Numbered from the stretch's first letter, positions 42,710 to 52,341 are shown. The stretch: 64,000 bases of DNA from Armatimonadota bacterium (GCA_039679675.1 JBDKUN010000009.1:1-64000); one strand, 5' to 3'. Translations and numbers: made by a program. Notes: generated from the sequence alone by a model not told the origin.

Positions 42710-45271
42710 GTGGTAATTCGCTCACGTCATTTATATAGGACTATCCTGTTTTTATTCTTGGTTGTAATAATGGAGGTAATACCATCAATGTCGATGTCGA
42801 AGCAGGCTGGCGATGCATCCGCGAAGCTTACGATGAGTTCAAACAGCATTCTCATCAATGAGCAGGGCTGGGTACTTCCGGTCTCGCTCACATGCCCGGA
42901 GTTCGTTTTTGAAGGTAAAACAGTGGGAGTGGGGATAACTCCTGCCGACATTAGGGGAGATATTGCACGTAAGCTCGTTACAGCATCTTTTTCTCCAATC
43001 GATCTTGATAGCTCAGCAAAACTGGAAGTAAAGCTCCATGTTGAGTGGTCCAAAAAGGAACAGATTTTACGCAAATGGGCCGAATACAGGATCACTGGAA
43101 CAGATAGGCCTCTTCTTCTTAAAGAAATAGTGCTCGAACGGCTGGAGACTCCCGGGCAAACGGCTACAGTTACCATGAAACCTGGGCAGTTCCAGAGCTA
43201 CCCTGTCTTTGTGCAAGCCTTCTACACCGGAATAGAGTTTCCGGTTGCTGCTGTTCGGTCGGAAAACGGCAGATTACTCCTTGCGCATCGCCCCGGCATC
43301 TACATTCAACCGAACAAATGGTATGAGAGCAAAAAAGCGATATTCGGAGCGGCTCCGGTAGGTCAGGAAAAACAGAATTTCAAGAACTATATAGCTGCCC
43401 ACCGCACCAACCCTAAAGGATTCCACATCGACTACAACAGTTGGTGGACAACGAAAGTCCCCTATTCGGAGGAAGAGATTCTGGACCTGATGCATACATT
43501 CAAAGTAAAGATGTTCGAGCCCTGCAAGGAGTGCTTCGACTCTTTCTGCATAGACATGGGCTGGTCTGAGCCAAAATCCTTCTGGGACATTAACACGAAG
43601 CTGTTTCCTGATAAGTTCACCCCGATTATGAAAAAAGCGAAGGAGATGAAGTCGAATCTTGGCCTATGGATTTCCCCCAGCAATGCCTATACACCGAGCT
43701 CGATGGACAACGAGTGGGCGAAGGATAACGGATATGAAACCTTCCCAGTGGATTGGCACGCAGGCAGGCTGTGCTGCCTGGGCGGAAATAAGTATCAGAC
43801 AGGATTCAGAGACAGACTTGTTGAGATGGTCACCAAATACGGCATCCGGCAGATAAAGTTCGACGGCTATAACGGCCAGTGCCAGGAATCGAACCATGGT
43901 CATGCACCTGGTGAATACTCTGCTGAGGCTGTAGCAGAGGGTTTGATCAAATCTTTCGTCGCAATTCGTCAGGCTGCACCGGACACATGGATGGAAACGA
44001 CCTGCATGACTTGGAACCCGAGCCCGTGGTGGCTTTTCTATGTGGATTCCGTCATCGGAACATACGGCGACGATTCACCTGCAGGCCGAATACCGTGTCC
44101 GGTCTACCGGGAGAGCTACACAACAGCAAGAGACTATTACAACCTTCAAGGCGCGGCACTCCTGCCGATACCGGTAGTCGCACAAGAAGTGCTTGGGATT
44201 ATTCACCAGACCCCGGAACCGTTTATGGACGACGCTGTGACCACTATTATGCGCGGGCACATGTTCCTTCCGGTCTATCTCAATCCGTTATATATGACCG
44301 ATGCGCGCTGGAAGACTTTTGCAGAGATCCTGACCTGGGCCAGAAAAAATGAGAGTGTCCTGGAAGAGACTCAGCCGATACTTCCTGATTCATGGCAAAA
44401 CGGCGCCGTTCCTGAGTTCGAGGAAAACGCAGAAATGCCGCGTGAACCATACGGTTATGCACATTTCAAAGGGAATAGCGGCCTTGTAGAGCTCAGAAAC
44501 CCCTGGATTACCGGATGCAACTATCTGCTCAAGCTGGACGAAAAGCTCGGACTTGCTTCGGATGCAAAAGGGCTTACTGTAGTGAGCCTGTACCCGGAAA
44601 TCCGCGTTTACGGGCAGAATTTGAGCCCTGGGCAGTCTCTGGATGTTCCGCTTGCTCCCTATGAGACCGTGGTGCTCTCCGTAGCTCCGAATCAGCTAGT
44701 TAAGGGCATTCCATCCGCAGTCGATGCGCTTAAAGGATGCGGAAAAGTGGAGATCAAGCAGGTAGAGAAGACCCGCGTAGAGTTTTTGGATGCCAAAGAC
44801 TACCTTCCAGGAGGTGCGAAGACGGCTGTTAAGCTGAATTTGGGGGCAAATGTGGAAGTTACCGCACCGAGTGCCGAGCTTCTGGTCCTTGTAGAAGGAG
44901 AAACCCCGGCTGTCACGCCTATCGGCTCTATTGAAGTGAACGGTGTCGAGAAGAAACCCATGGTCACTGGTTCCGCAACCGGCTGGACAGCAACACAGCT
45001 TCCCCCGCACGGACATTGGACATTCCTTTCTGTGCCACTCGAAAAGGGAGAGAATACTATAGCACTCGATCTCTATGCAGGTATCGGCGTGTACAAGATG
45101 TCCGCATGGGTCTGGGCCAAAAAGCCAGGTCTGACGAATGTGCCAAACTACAAGAACGCGCTTCCTGAGCCGGAGCAGATTTCGCTCCAGTCGGTGGCGC
45201 TTGTAGAGCCATTCGATCTCAATTCTGTGACTGTGCCGGTTGCTAAAGAAGATTACCCGCTTCACAGATAA
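42710..45271 (+). CDS. Probable glycoside hydrolase, clan GH-D (alpha-galactosidase-like)
   Basis: YNSWW, FCIDMGW, FPDKF, LGLWISP, IKFDG motifs; divergent from ROK regulator. Confidence 0.75.
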   Translation: MVIRSRHLYRTILFLFLVVIMEVIPSMSMSKQAGDASAKLTMSSNSILINEQGWVLPVSLTCPEFVFEGKTVGVGITPADIRGDIARKLVTASFSPIDLDSSAKLEVKLHVEWSKKEQILRKWAEYRITGTDRPLLLKEIVLERLETPGQTATVTMKPGQFQSYPVFVQAFYTGIEFPVAAVRSENGRLLLAHRPGIYIQPNKWYESKKAIFGAAPVGQEKQNFKNYIAAHRTNPKGFHIDYNSWWTTKVPYSEEEILDLMHTFKVKMFEPCKECFDSFCIDMGWSEPKSFWDINTKLFPDKFTPIMKKAKEMKSNLGLWISPSNAYTPSSMDNEWAKDNGYETFPVDWHAGRLCCLGGNKYQTGFRDRLVEMVTKYGIRQIKFDGYNGQCQESNHGHAPGEYSAEAVAEGLIKSFVAIRQAAPDTWMETTCMTWNPSPWWLFYVDSVIGTYGDDSPAGRIPCPVYRESYTTARDYYNLQGAALLPIPVVAQEVLGIIHQTPEPFMDDAVTTIMRGHMFLPVYLNPLYMTDARWKTFAEILTWARKNESVLEETQPILPDSWQNGAVPEFEENAEMPREPYGYAHFKGNSGLVELRNPWITGCNYLLKLDEKLGLASDAKGLTVVSLYPEIRVYGQNLSPGQSLDVPLAPYETVVLSVAPNQLVKGIPSAVDALKGCGKVEIKQVEKTRVEFLDAKDYLPGGAKTAVKLNLGANVEVTAPSAELLVLVEGETPAVTPIGSIEVNGVEKKPMVTGSATGWTATQLPPHGHWTFLSVPLEKGENTIALDLYAGIGVYKMSAWVWAKKPGLTNVPNYKNALPEPEQISLQSVALVEPFDLNSVTVPVAKEDYPLHR

Positions 45272-45623
45272 AATGCAGCTTGGACGATTGCAAGAAATCA
45301 AATGTTACCAGGCTCGACTATTGCTTACACAGCTTCATCGATAATGTAATGCTTGCAGAACAACATACCAAGTAAAGTGGATTATTATTCAAAGCCTATT
45401 GACATATTAGAAGGAGCTGAGCGATAATAGGTTGCTTCTTTTTCTCCTTTCACTACCTCAATGGAGGGGGCTTGGCTGAACGCCCAACAGCCAAGCTATT
45501 TTTTGGAGGAGGCAGCTGCTGTTGGCTGCTCCGAACCCTCTGACGCCTCTTAAACGTAAGAAAAATGCCTCATTAATCGCTCAAAATATATCGTAATCAC
45601 TAAGACAAAAGCGATTAACATTC

Positions 45624-45652
45624 TTGACATCTGTGTGTCTGGATGCTAGTAT
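45624..45652 (+). promoter_or_regulatory. Sigma70 promoter for ncRNA-RT locus
   Basis: TTGACA (45624-29), 17 bp, TG-C-TAGTAT (45647-52); predicted start about 45659. Confidence 0.75.
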
Positions 45653-45658
45653 TAATAT

Positions 45659-45971
45659 GCTCTTCCGTTAAGCGCGAAGAGGTATGGCGTTCACTTTGTC
45701 AACCACCCACTGAACAGCTGCATTAAGCTGAACAGTGACCGTGATATGGCACACTGCCTGAAGAACAGTGGCAACCACAGTCGCTGTCCAGGTAAGCACG
45801 AACTGTACGTCATAGTCATTATAGCTCGGAATGTTTCCTTGCGGGCTTCTGGTCTTTCAGAAGGACAATGTCTCACGCTAACAGCATGGGCGTTGAGTGT
45901 GCGCGGGGGGAGGATGCAGTCGGATACCGCAAGTCCGCTTCCCCTCGCTTTGCTTTTAACCTATAGCGAGG
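45659..45971 (+). ncRNA. DRT2-type RT-associated ncRNA (template region about 45689-45835 plus 3' scaffold)
   Basis: About 310-nt multi-hairpin region between the promoter and the RT; antisense TATAAT and TTGACA in permuted order; one stop-free antisense frame. Confidence 0.8.
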
Positions 45972-45974
45972 ACC

Positions 45975-47234
45975 ATGTGTAGTATGGAAACACCGCAGTG
46001 GTATAAGAATCGCGAGTACCCACATTTCGATAAACCCCTATCAATAGCAGCAGCCATTAAGCTTGTAGAAAATAAGCAAGAGGTTGAAAAGCACGCTTTC
46101 CTCCCTTTTATAAAGTGGCAGATAACTGAACGTAGATATAAGCGCAAGTTACACAGAACTGGATTAAAGTGTCGCAGTATTGCTTGCGCTGCACATACAG
46201 ACTCTCACATATTTGCCTATTATGCATCTTTATTGAATGCCTTGTATGAAGAAAAATTAGCTACTCTGGATATTGGCGATTGTGTTCTAGCCTACAGGCG
46301 CTTTGGAGGTAAATGCAATATTCACTTTGCACAAGAAGCATTTGAGCACATAAAGAGCTTAAAATCTTGTCGTGTCATGGCGCTTGATGTAAAGGGGTTT
46401 TTTGATAATATTGATCATCTATTGCTAAAGAAAGCATGGTGCCAATTGCTCGGCGTTAGTCGATTACCGAAAGATCATTATGTTGTTTATAAAGCGATGA
46501 CCCGTTATGCTTATGTGAATAAAGACGCACTATACAAGGAATTTGAGATTGGACGTCGACGTGCAGCTAAACTGAAGGGTTCCATATGTTCACCTCTTGA
46601 ATTTAGAACAAAGGTCAGAGCTGGAAACCTGATTAACGTTCATACTGATACTTATGGGATTCCACAAGGATCACCTATCAGCGCCGTCTTATCAAACTTG
46701 TATCTTTTGTCTTTTGATATTGCACTGTCTGACAAAGTCAAAGAGTGTGGCGGCTTGTATAGACGCTACAGCGATGACATTCTCGTTGTATGTCCCCTCT
46801 TCAAGGACTGCTGTTTAGATTTTATCAAAGAACACCTGCATAAACTGAAACTCGACCTTAGTGAAGACAAAACTACCATCACAAATCTAGGTAAAGATGA
46901 GAGCGTTACAAAAAACACTAGTATACAATACCTTGGATTGGAATTGATAAATGGTCAAATTCTCATTCGTCATAAAGCTATTGCCAGATATCAGCGGAGA
47001 ATGAAAGAATCTGTTCGTTCAACAATTAGAGCAGCAAATAAAGCCAAAAGAAAGGGGTCAACCGGGGAGGCATATAAGCGCAAACTATACGAACGCTTTA
47101 CTCATCTTAGTAAAAACAGCAGTTATCCTCAATATATCAAGCGGGCCTCTAGGATAACGAGTTCAGAAGCCATTACGAAGCAGCATCGAAATCATTGGCA
47201 GCAGTTACACGACTTACTTAAGCATAGACGCTAA
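45975..47234 (+). CDS. drt2: Defence-associated reverse transcriptase, DRT2 (UG2)-like
   Basis: N-terminal YPHFD, HAFLPFI, AHTDSHIFAYY; LDVKGFFDNIDH, GIPQGSPISAVLSNLY, YRRYSDD, YLG; 419 aa with no maturase/endonuclease domain; AT-rich. Confidence 0.88.
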   Translation: MCSMETPQWYKNREYPHFDKPLSIAAAIKLVENKQEVEKHAFLPFIKWQITERRYKRKLHRTGLKCRSIACAAHTDSHIFAYYASLLNALYEEKLATLDIGDCVLAYRRFGGKCNIHFAQEAFEHIKSLKSCRVMALDVKGFFDNIDHLLLKKAWCQLLGVSRLPKDHYVVYKAMTRYAYVNKDALYKEFEIGRRRAAKLKGSICSPLEFRTKVRAGNLINVHTDTYGIPQGSPISAVLSNLYLLSFDIALSDKVKECGGLYRRYSDDILVVCPLFKDCCLDFIKEHLHKLKLDLSEDKTTITNLGKDESVTKNTSIQYLGLELINGQILIRHKAIARYQRRMKESVRSTIRAANKAKRKGSTGEAYKRKLYERFTHLSKNSSYPQYIKRASRITSSEAITKQHRNHWQQLHDLLKHRR

Positions 47235-47376
47235 CAGCCTGTCATTTATAATTGTAGCTAGACACACTATTTAGAAATTCCTCTATGATCTCCAAGCATC
47301 GATAATACCCAATCTTTATGATTGCTACAAATTGTTGATTTGGCTTGCTCAATATGGTAAACTAAAAAGGTTTGCA

Positions 47377-47450
47377 TCACGCACCGCATCCGGATCGGCT
47401 GCCGGGGTGCCTCTAAGAGGTCGGCGCCGGGGTGATGGAGCGGGAGGTAA
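47377..47450 (+). promoter_or_regulatory. rpsB (S2) 5' leader RNA
   Basis: CACGCAC...GCCGGGGTGCCTCTAAGAGGTCGGC...ATGGAGCGGGAGG pattern typical of rpsB autoregulatory leaders. Confidence 0.65.
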
Positions 47451-47475
47451 TAACTAACAAGGAGGAAATCAAAAC

Positions 47476-48291
47476 TTGGCATCGATCACAATGAAAGAAC
47501 TGCTGGAGGCAGGGGTACACTTCGGCCACCAGACCCGCAGATGGAACCCTAAGATGAAAAGGTACATCTACGGAGGCCGGAACGGTATCTACATCATCGA
47601 CCTGCATCAGACACTCAAGCTCTTTGAAGAGGCCCGGCAGTTCGTGCAGGACGTAGTCGCCGAAGGAGAAGTCGTTCTCTTCGTAGGGACAAAGAAACAG
47701 GCTCAGGACGCCGTCCAGGAAGCAGCAAAGCGCTGCGGTATGTATTATGTCGACCAGAGATGGCTCGGCGGCATGCTCACAAACTTCCGCACAATCCAGA
47801 CCAGAATAGCCCGCTTGAACGAGCTCAAAAAGATGGCGGAGGACGGAGTATTCGAGCAGTTGCCCAAGAAGGAAGCAGCCCTTCTCCGTGAGGAGTCGGA
47901 CAGGCTGGAGCGGTTCCTCGGCGGTATCAAGGATATGCCCAAGCTCCCCGGCGCTATGTTCATCGTCGACCTGAAGAAGGAGCGCATAGCTCTTGCTGAG
48001 GCCAGAAAGCTCGACATTCCTGTTGTAGCCATCGTAGACACAAACTGCGACCCGGACGAAGTAGATTACGTAATTCCCGGCAATGATGACGCTATCCGCG
48101 CCATCAAGCTGATCTCGAATAAGATCGCCGACGCTATCCTTGAAGTCCGGCAGGTAGAGACTGAGGGCGAAGAGGTAGAGGCTGAGGCCGAGGGCGCTGA
48201 AGCTGAAGCGGAAAAACCTGAGGCAGAGGCTGAAGGCGAGACTTCGGAAGAGGCCGCAGCATTCCTGAGCGAAGCTCCAGAAGCCGAATAA
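47476..48291 (+). CDS. rpsB: 30S ribosomal protein S2
   Basis: [38 protein letters not shown]. Confidence 0.99.
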   Translation: MASITMKELLEAGVHFGHQTRRWNPKMKRYIYGGRNGIYIIDLHQTLKLFEEARQFVQDVVAEGEVVLFVGTKKQAQDAVQEAAKRCGMYYVDQRWLGGMLTNFRTIQTRIARLNELKKMAEDGVFEQLPKKEAALLREESDRLERFLGGIKDMPKLPGAMFIVDLKKERIALAEARKLDIPVVAIVDTNCDPDEVDYVIPGNDDAIRAIKLISNKIADAILEVRQVETEGEEVEAEAEGAEAEAEKPEAEAEGETSEEAAAFLSEAPEAE

Positions 48292-48435
48292 GCCGGTACC
48301 CGGTCAACTCGACCGGCCTTAATAGTAGATTTAGTTTGCGCAGGGCACAAAGCCCTGCGCAAACCTGTACGTAGTGCGTTTGCACACCGGAAAATTTTAG
48401 TGTTTTGAATATAAGATTTTAACAGGAGGCATCAA

Positions 48436-49035
48436 GTGGCAATAACGGCCAATATGGTCAAAGAATTAAGGGAAAAAACCGGCGCCGGAATGATGGACTG
48501 CAAAAAGGCGCTCGAAGAGACCGGCGGCGATTTCGATAAAGCGGCAAATCTGCTCAGACAAAAGGGTATCGCAGTAGCCGCAAAGCGTGAGACCAAGGCA
48601 GCGACCGAAGGGACCATCGGTGCGTACGTCCACACCGGCGGAAAGATCGGCGTGCTTGTGGAGCTGGGATGCGAGACCGACTTCGTTGCGAAGACTGATG
48701 AGTTTCAGGTGCTTGCCAGAGACCTTGCCATGCAGATAGCCTGGGGGAACCCCAAGTATATCAAACGCGAGGAAGTTCCTGCAGATCAGGTCGAGCAGGA
48801 GAGGGAAGTCCACAAGCAGTGGGCCATCAAGGAAGGCAAGCCGGAAAAAGCGCTCGACAGTATCGTTGCCGGACGTATGGAGAAGTTCTACGAGGACATA
48901 GTACTGCTTGACCAGCCGTTTATCCGCGATTCGGACGTCAAGATCAATGATCTGATCAACGACACGATGGGCAGACTGGGCGAGAAGATCGTCGTGCAGA
49001 GGTTCGTGAGATATCGAGTAGGAGAGCAGGGGTAG
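48436..49035 (+). CDS. tsf: Elongation factor Ts (short form)
   Basis: [27 protein letters not shown]. Confidence 0.98.
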   Translation: MAITANMVKELREKTGAGMMDCKKALEETGGDFDKAANLLRQKGIAVAAKRETKAATEGTIGAYVHTGGKIGVLVELGCETDFVAKTDEFQVLARDLAMQIAWGNPKYIKREEVPADQVEQEREVHKQWAIKEGKPEKALDSIVAGRMEKFYEDIVLLDQPFIRDSDVKINDLINDTMGRLGEKIVVQRFVRYRVGEQG

Positions 49036-49042
49036 TCGTAGC

Positions 49043-49771
49043 ATGCAGGACAAGCCGCGTTGGAACCGGGTACTCCTGAAGCTTTCGGGCCAGGTGTTCG
49101 CGGGCAAGGATAGTGTCGGTATATGCTACGATACGATTGCGTCTATCGCAGAGGATGTTAAAGAACTAAAGGACAGCGGCGTCGACATGGCCATTGTCAT
49201 AGGCGGAGGAAATATCATCCGCGGACAGGCGGCGTCGCGCGCCGGGATGGACCGTGCAAGCGCCGACTACATGGGTATGCTTGCAACAGTCATAAACTGC
49301 CTCGCCCTGCAGGATGCGCTGGAGAAACTTGGGATCGAGACACGCGTGCAGTCCGCGATAACTATGTCCGAAGTCGCTGAACCGTTTATCAGGCGGCGGG
49401 CCATAAGGCACCTTGAAAAAGGCCGCGTGGTCATATTCGCTGCCGGAACGGGCAACCCGTATTTTACGACCGACTCTGCCGCGGCGCTTCGAGCGCTCGA
49501 AATCAAGGCTCAGGCGGTCTTGAAGGCAACGAATGTCGATGGAATATATGACCGCGACCCGCACAAAGACGCGGATGCGGTAATGCTTACCCATATCGAC
49601 TACATGGACGCCATCAACCAGGGCCTGGGCATTATGGACCTTACGGCCTTTACGCTTTGTATGGACAACAAAATGCCGATCGTGGTATTTAACATAACCC
49701 AGCGCGGCAACATCAAGCGAGCCGTGTGGGGTGAACAGATAGGAACGCTTGTTGGGGGGAAGAACGAGTGA
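49043..49771 (+). CDS. pyrH: UMP kinase
   Basis: [31 protein letters not shown]. Confidence 0.98.
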   Translation: MQDKPRWNRVLLKLSGQVFAGKDSVGICYDTIASIAEDVKELKDSGVDMAIVIGGGNIIRGQAASRAGMDRASADYMGMLATVINCLALQDALEKLGIETRVQSAITMSEVAEPFIRRRAIRHLEKGRVVIFAAGTGNPYFTTDSAAALRALEIKAQAVLKATNVDGIYDRDPHKDADAVMLTHIDYMDAINQGLGIMDLTAFTLCMDNKMPIVVFNITQRGNIKRAVWGEQIGTLVGGKNE

Positions 49772-50325
49772 TACCTGAGTTAATTAAGGATACAGAGCAA
49801 AGGATGACAAAGGCTGTGGAAGCTGCACAGCACGATTTCACTACTCTTCGTACAGGCCGGGCTAATCCGGTATTGCTTGACGGAATTCAGGTCGACTACT
49901 ACGGCAGCAAGATGCCGTTGAACCAGCTTGCGGGAGTCTCCGCTCCGGAGCCCAGGCTGCTTGTAATAGCGCCATGGGACAAGGGCGCGCTTGCTCCAAT
50001 CGAAAAAGCGATCATGAACTCGGAACTCGGCATGACTCCGCAGAATGACGGCAGCGTCATCAGGCTTCAGGTGCCGTACCTGACGGAAGAGCGGCGAAAA
50101 GAACTGACTAAAGTCCTGCATAAGAAGACCGAGGAGCACAAAATAGCGATTAGGAATATCCGCCGGGATGTAAATGAGCGGCTGAAAGAACAGGAAAAGA
50201 AACATGAGATCTCTGAAGATGAGAACAAGAGAGCTCAGGAGCAGGTTCAGAAGCTGACTGATAAGTACATAGACCGGGTAGACGACCTGTCCAAGGCTAA
50301 AGAAGTCGAGTTGATGGAAGTTTAA
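49768..50325 (+). CDS. frr: Ribosome recycling factor
   Basis: [27 protein letters not shown]. Confidence 0.98.
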   Translation: MIPELIKDTEQRMTKAVEAAQHDFTTLRTGRANPVLLDGIQVDYYGSKMPLNQLAGVSAPEPRLLVIAPWDKGALAPIEKAIMNSELGMTPQNDGSVIRLQVPYLTEERRKELTKVLHKKTEEHKIAIRNIRRDVNERLKEQEKKHEISEDENKRAQEQVQKLTDKYIDRVDDLSKAKEVELMEV

Positions 50326-50445
50326 TCCATCGCAGATACGGAAGTGGCAATCAGCCGTCAGCCGCACAGCTTTCAAGCCGGAAACAGTTGCTGACGGCTG
50401 ATTTGTTTTTATAGCTATCAGATCCTCATAGAAGAAAGACAAATA

Positions 50446-51180
50446 ATGACCAATATCGACCCAGACCGCGTGCCCAAGCACGTTGCTATAGTGATGGACG
50501 GCAATGGCCGGTGGGCTACCAGGCAGGGGCTTACCCGGGCAGAGGGACATGTGCAGGGGTACATAGCGCTCCGCAATATTGTCGAAGCTGCCTCAGACCT
50601 TGGTATCAAAGCCCTGACCGTATATGCGTTTTCGACCGAAAACTGGCGCAGGCCCAAAGATGAGGTGGAAGCGCTTATGCATCTCTTCGCCAGGGCAGCT
50701 CATCAGGAGATGGAAAACCTCCAGCAGAACAGTGTTCGGATGATGGTCAGCGGCCGGTTTCATGAGCTGCCGAAAGAAGTGCAGGACAGCCTTAACGCAG
50801 ACATAAAGGCCACAAAAAACAATACGCGGCTCATTCTCAACCTTGCCATAAACTATGGCGGGCGGAGCGAGATAGCAGACGCCGCGAGAGCGCTCGCGCG
50901 AAAAGCTGCGGCAGGGGAGATTTCACCGGAAGAGATCGACGAAAAGACTTTTTCTCAGTATATGTATGCTCCTGAACTTCCTGACCCGGACCTTTTGATC
51001 CGAACCGCAGGTGAGATGAGGATAAGCAACTTTCTGATGTGGGAAATCGCCTACGCGGAGTTCTATGTGACTCAGGTGCTCTGGCCGGACTTCAACAGGG
51101 AAGAGCTCATTAAGGCTATACTGGACTATCAGGGGCGGACTCGCCGGTTCGGCGCAGTGGTAGAAGAGACGAAACAATAA
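50446..51180 (+). CDS. uppS: Undecaprenyl diphosphate synthase
   Basis: HVAIVMDGNGRWA, YAFSTENW, RTAGEMRISNF. Confidence 0.97.
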   Translation: MTNIDPDRVPKHVAIVMDGNGRWATRQGLTRAEGHVQGYIALRNIVEAASDLGIKALTVYAFSTENWRRPKDEVEALMHLFARAAHQEMENLQQNSVRMMVSGRFHELPKEVQDSLNADIKATKNNTRLILNLAINYGGRSEIADAARALARKAAAGEISPEEIDEKTFSQYMYAPELPDPDLLIRTAGEMRISNFLMWEIAYAEFYVTQVLWPDFNREELIKAILDYQGRTRRFGAVVEETKQ

Positions 51181-51183
51181 TTT

Positions 51184-52341
51184 ATGACTAAAAGGATTTC
51201 GATACTGGGTTCGACCGGCTCCATAGGCACTCAGGTGCTGGATGTGGCCGAACGGCTCCCGGAACAGATAGAAATAGTTGCCATCGCGGCCCACTCGAAT
51301 GTGGAACTCCTGGCAAAACAGGCCCGGCATTTCAGGCCGAAGCTCGTTTCCATCGGTAAAGTCGAGCTGGAACAGGATCTCAAGCGGCTGATCGACGATC
51401 CTAATATAGAAGTGACCTCCGGTGACGGCGGCTGGAATGCAGTTGCGACTTTACCTTCAGCCGGCCAGGTAGTCGTCTCCGTCGCAGGCACTCCGGGGCT
51501 AATTCCGACTCTCGCCGCGATAGATGCGGGCAAGGAAATTGCTCTTGCAAGCAAGGAAGTGCTGGTCTGTGCCGGTGAGATCGTCACCCGCCGTGCGGAA
51601 GAGATGGGCGTAAAAATTGTCCCGATAGACAGCGAACACTCAGCCATCTTCCAGTGTCTGAACGGAGAAGACAAAAAATCCGTAGAGAAGATATATCTCA
51701 CAGCGTCGGGAGGAGCATTCCGGGACGCAAGCGTTGAAGATATGCGGGATGTGACGCCGGACCAGGCGCTTGCCCACCCGACATGGCGGATGGGCAAAAA
51801 GGTCACAATTGATTCCGCCTCGCTTATGAACAAGGGGCTGGAAATCATCGAGGCGAGGTGGCTTTTCGGGGTCGATCCCCAAAATATCGAGGTAGTAATT
51901 CATCCGCAGAGTATAATACACTCTATGGTGATGTACAAAGACGGTTCGGTCATAGCGCAGATTGGGCTTCCTGACATGCGGCTTCCGATACAGTATGCCT
52001 TGTTGTACCCTCTCAGGTATGACTCAGGGCTTCCGAGGGTAGATATACTTCAGGTGGGGAGCCTCGACTTCAGGGTACCGGATGCAGTGAAGTTTCCTGC
52101 GCTCAGGATTGCCCGCGAGGCGATCTGTACCGGCGGTACGATGCCTGCAGTAATGAACGCCGCCGACGAGGTTGCCGTTCAGATGTTTTTAGATAAAAAG
52201 ATTGGTTTTCTTGACATAGCGAGGCTTGTGGAACGCGTGATGCAGTCACACAGTCCCATACTTCATCCGGCACTCGATGATATTCTTGCTTCGGACGGAT
52301 GGGCAAGAGAGATGACCACAGACCTCGCAGGAGGAAATTAA
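51184..52341 (+). CDS. dxr: 1-deoxy-D-xylulose-5-phosphate reductoisomerase
   Basis: LGSTGSIG, PIDSEHSA, HPTWRMG. Confidence 0.98.
   Translation: MTKRISILGSTGSIGTQVLDVAERLPEQIEIVAIAAHSNVELLAKQARHFRPKLVSIGKVELEQDLKRLIDDPNIEVTSGDGGWNAVATLPSAGQVVVSVAGTPGLIPTLAAIDAGKEIALASKEVLVCAGEIVTRRAEEMGVKIVPIDSEHSAIFQCLNGEDKKSVEKIYLTASGGAFRDASVEDMRDVTPDQALAHPTWRMGKKVTIDSASLMNKGLEIIEARWLFGVDPQNIEVVIHPQSIIHSMVMYKDGSVIAQIGLPDMRLPIQYALLYPLRYDSGLPRVDILQVGSLDFRVPDAVKFPALRIAREAICTGGTMPAVMNAADEVAVQMFLDKKIGFLDIARLVERVMQSHSPILHPALDDILASDGWAREMTTDLAGGN

Noticed and set aside
45680..45832. Alternative 147-bp repeat unit suggested by Ile-Pro at both ends of the open frame
   Set aside because: Gives a 20-bp -35/-10 spacer; the 144-bp unit gives 17 bp plus an exact GTT microhomology.
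45746..45982. 78-aa plus-strand ORF in the RT leader
   Set aside because: No RBS or recognisable family, and it overlaps dense RNA hairpins; better explained as ncRNA.
45975..47234. RT as retron, group II intron or DGR
   Set aside because: No VTG retron motif or effector gene, no maturase/HNH domain or intron domain V, and no TR/VR pair or avd gene; the N-terminal motifs and leader fit DRT2.
48436..49035. Truncated EF-Ts
   Set aside because: The ~200-aa form is normal in several phyla.
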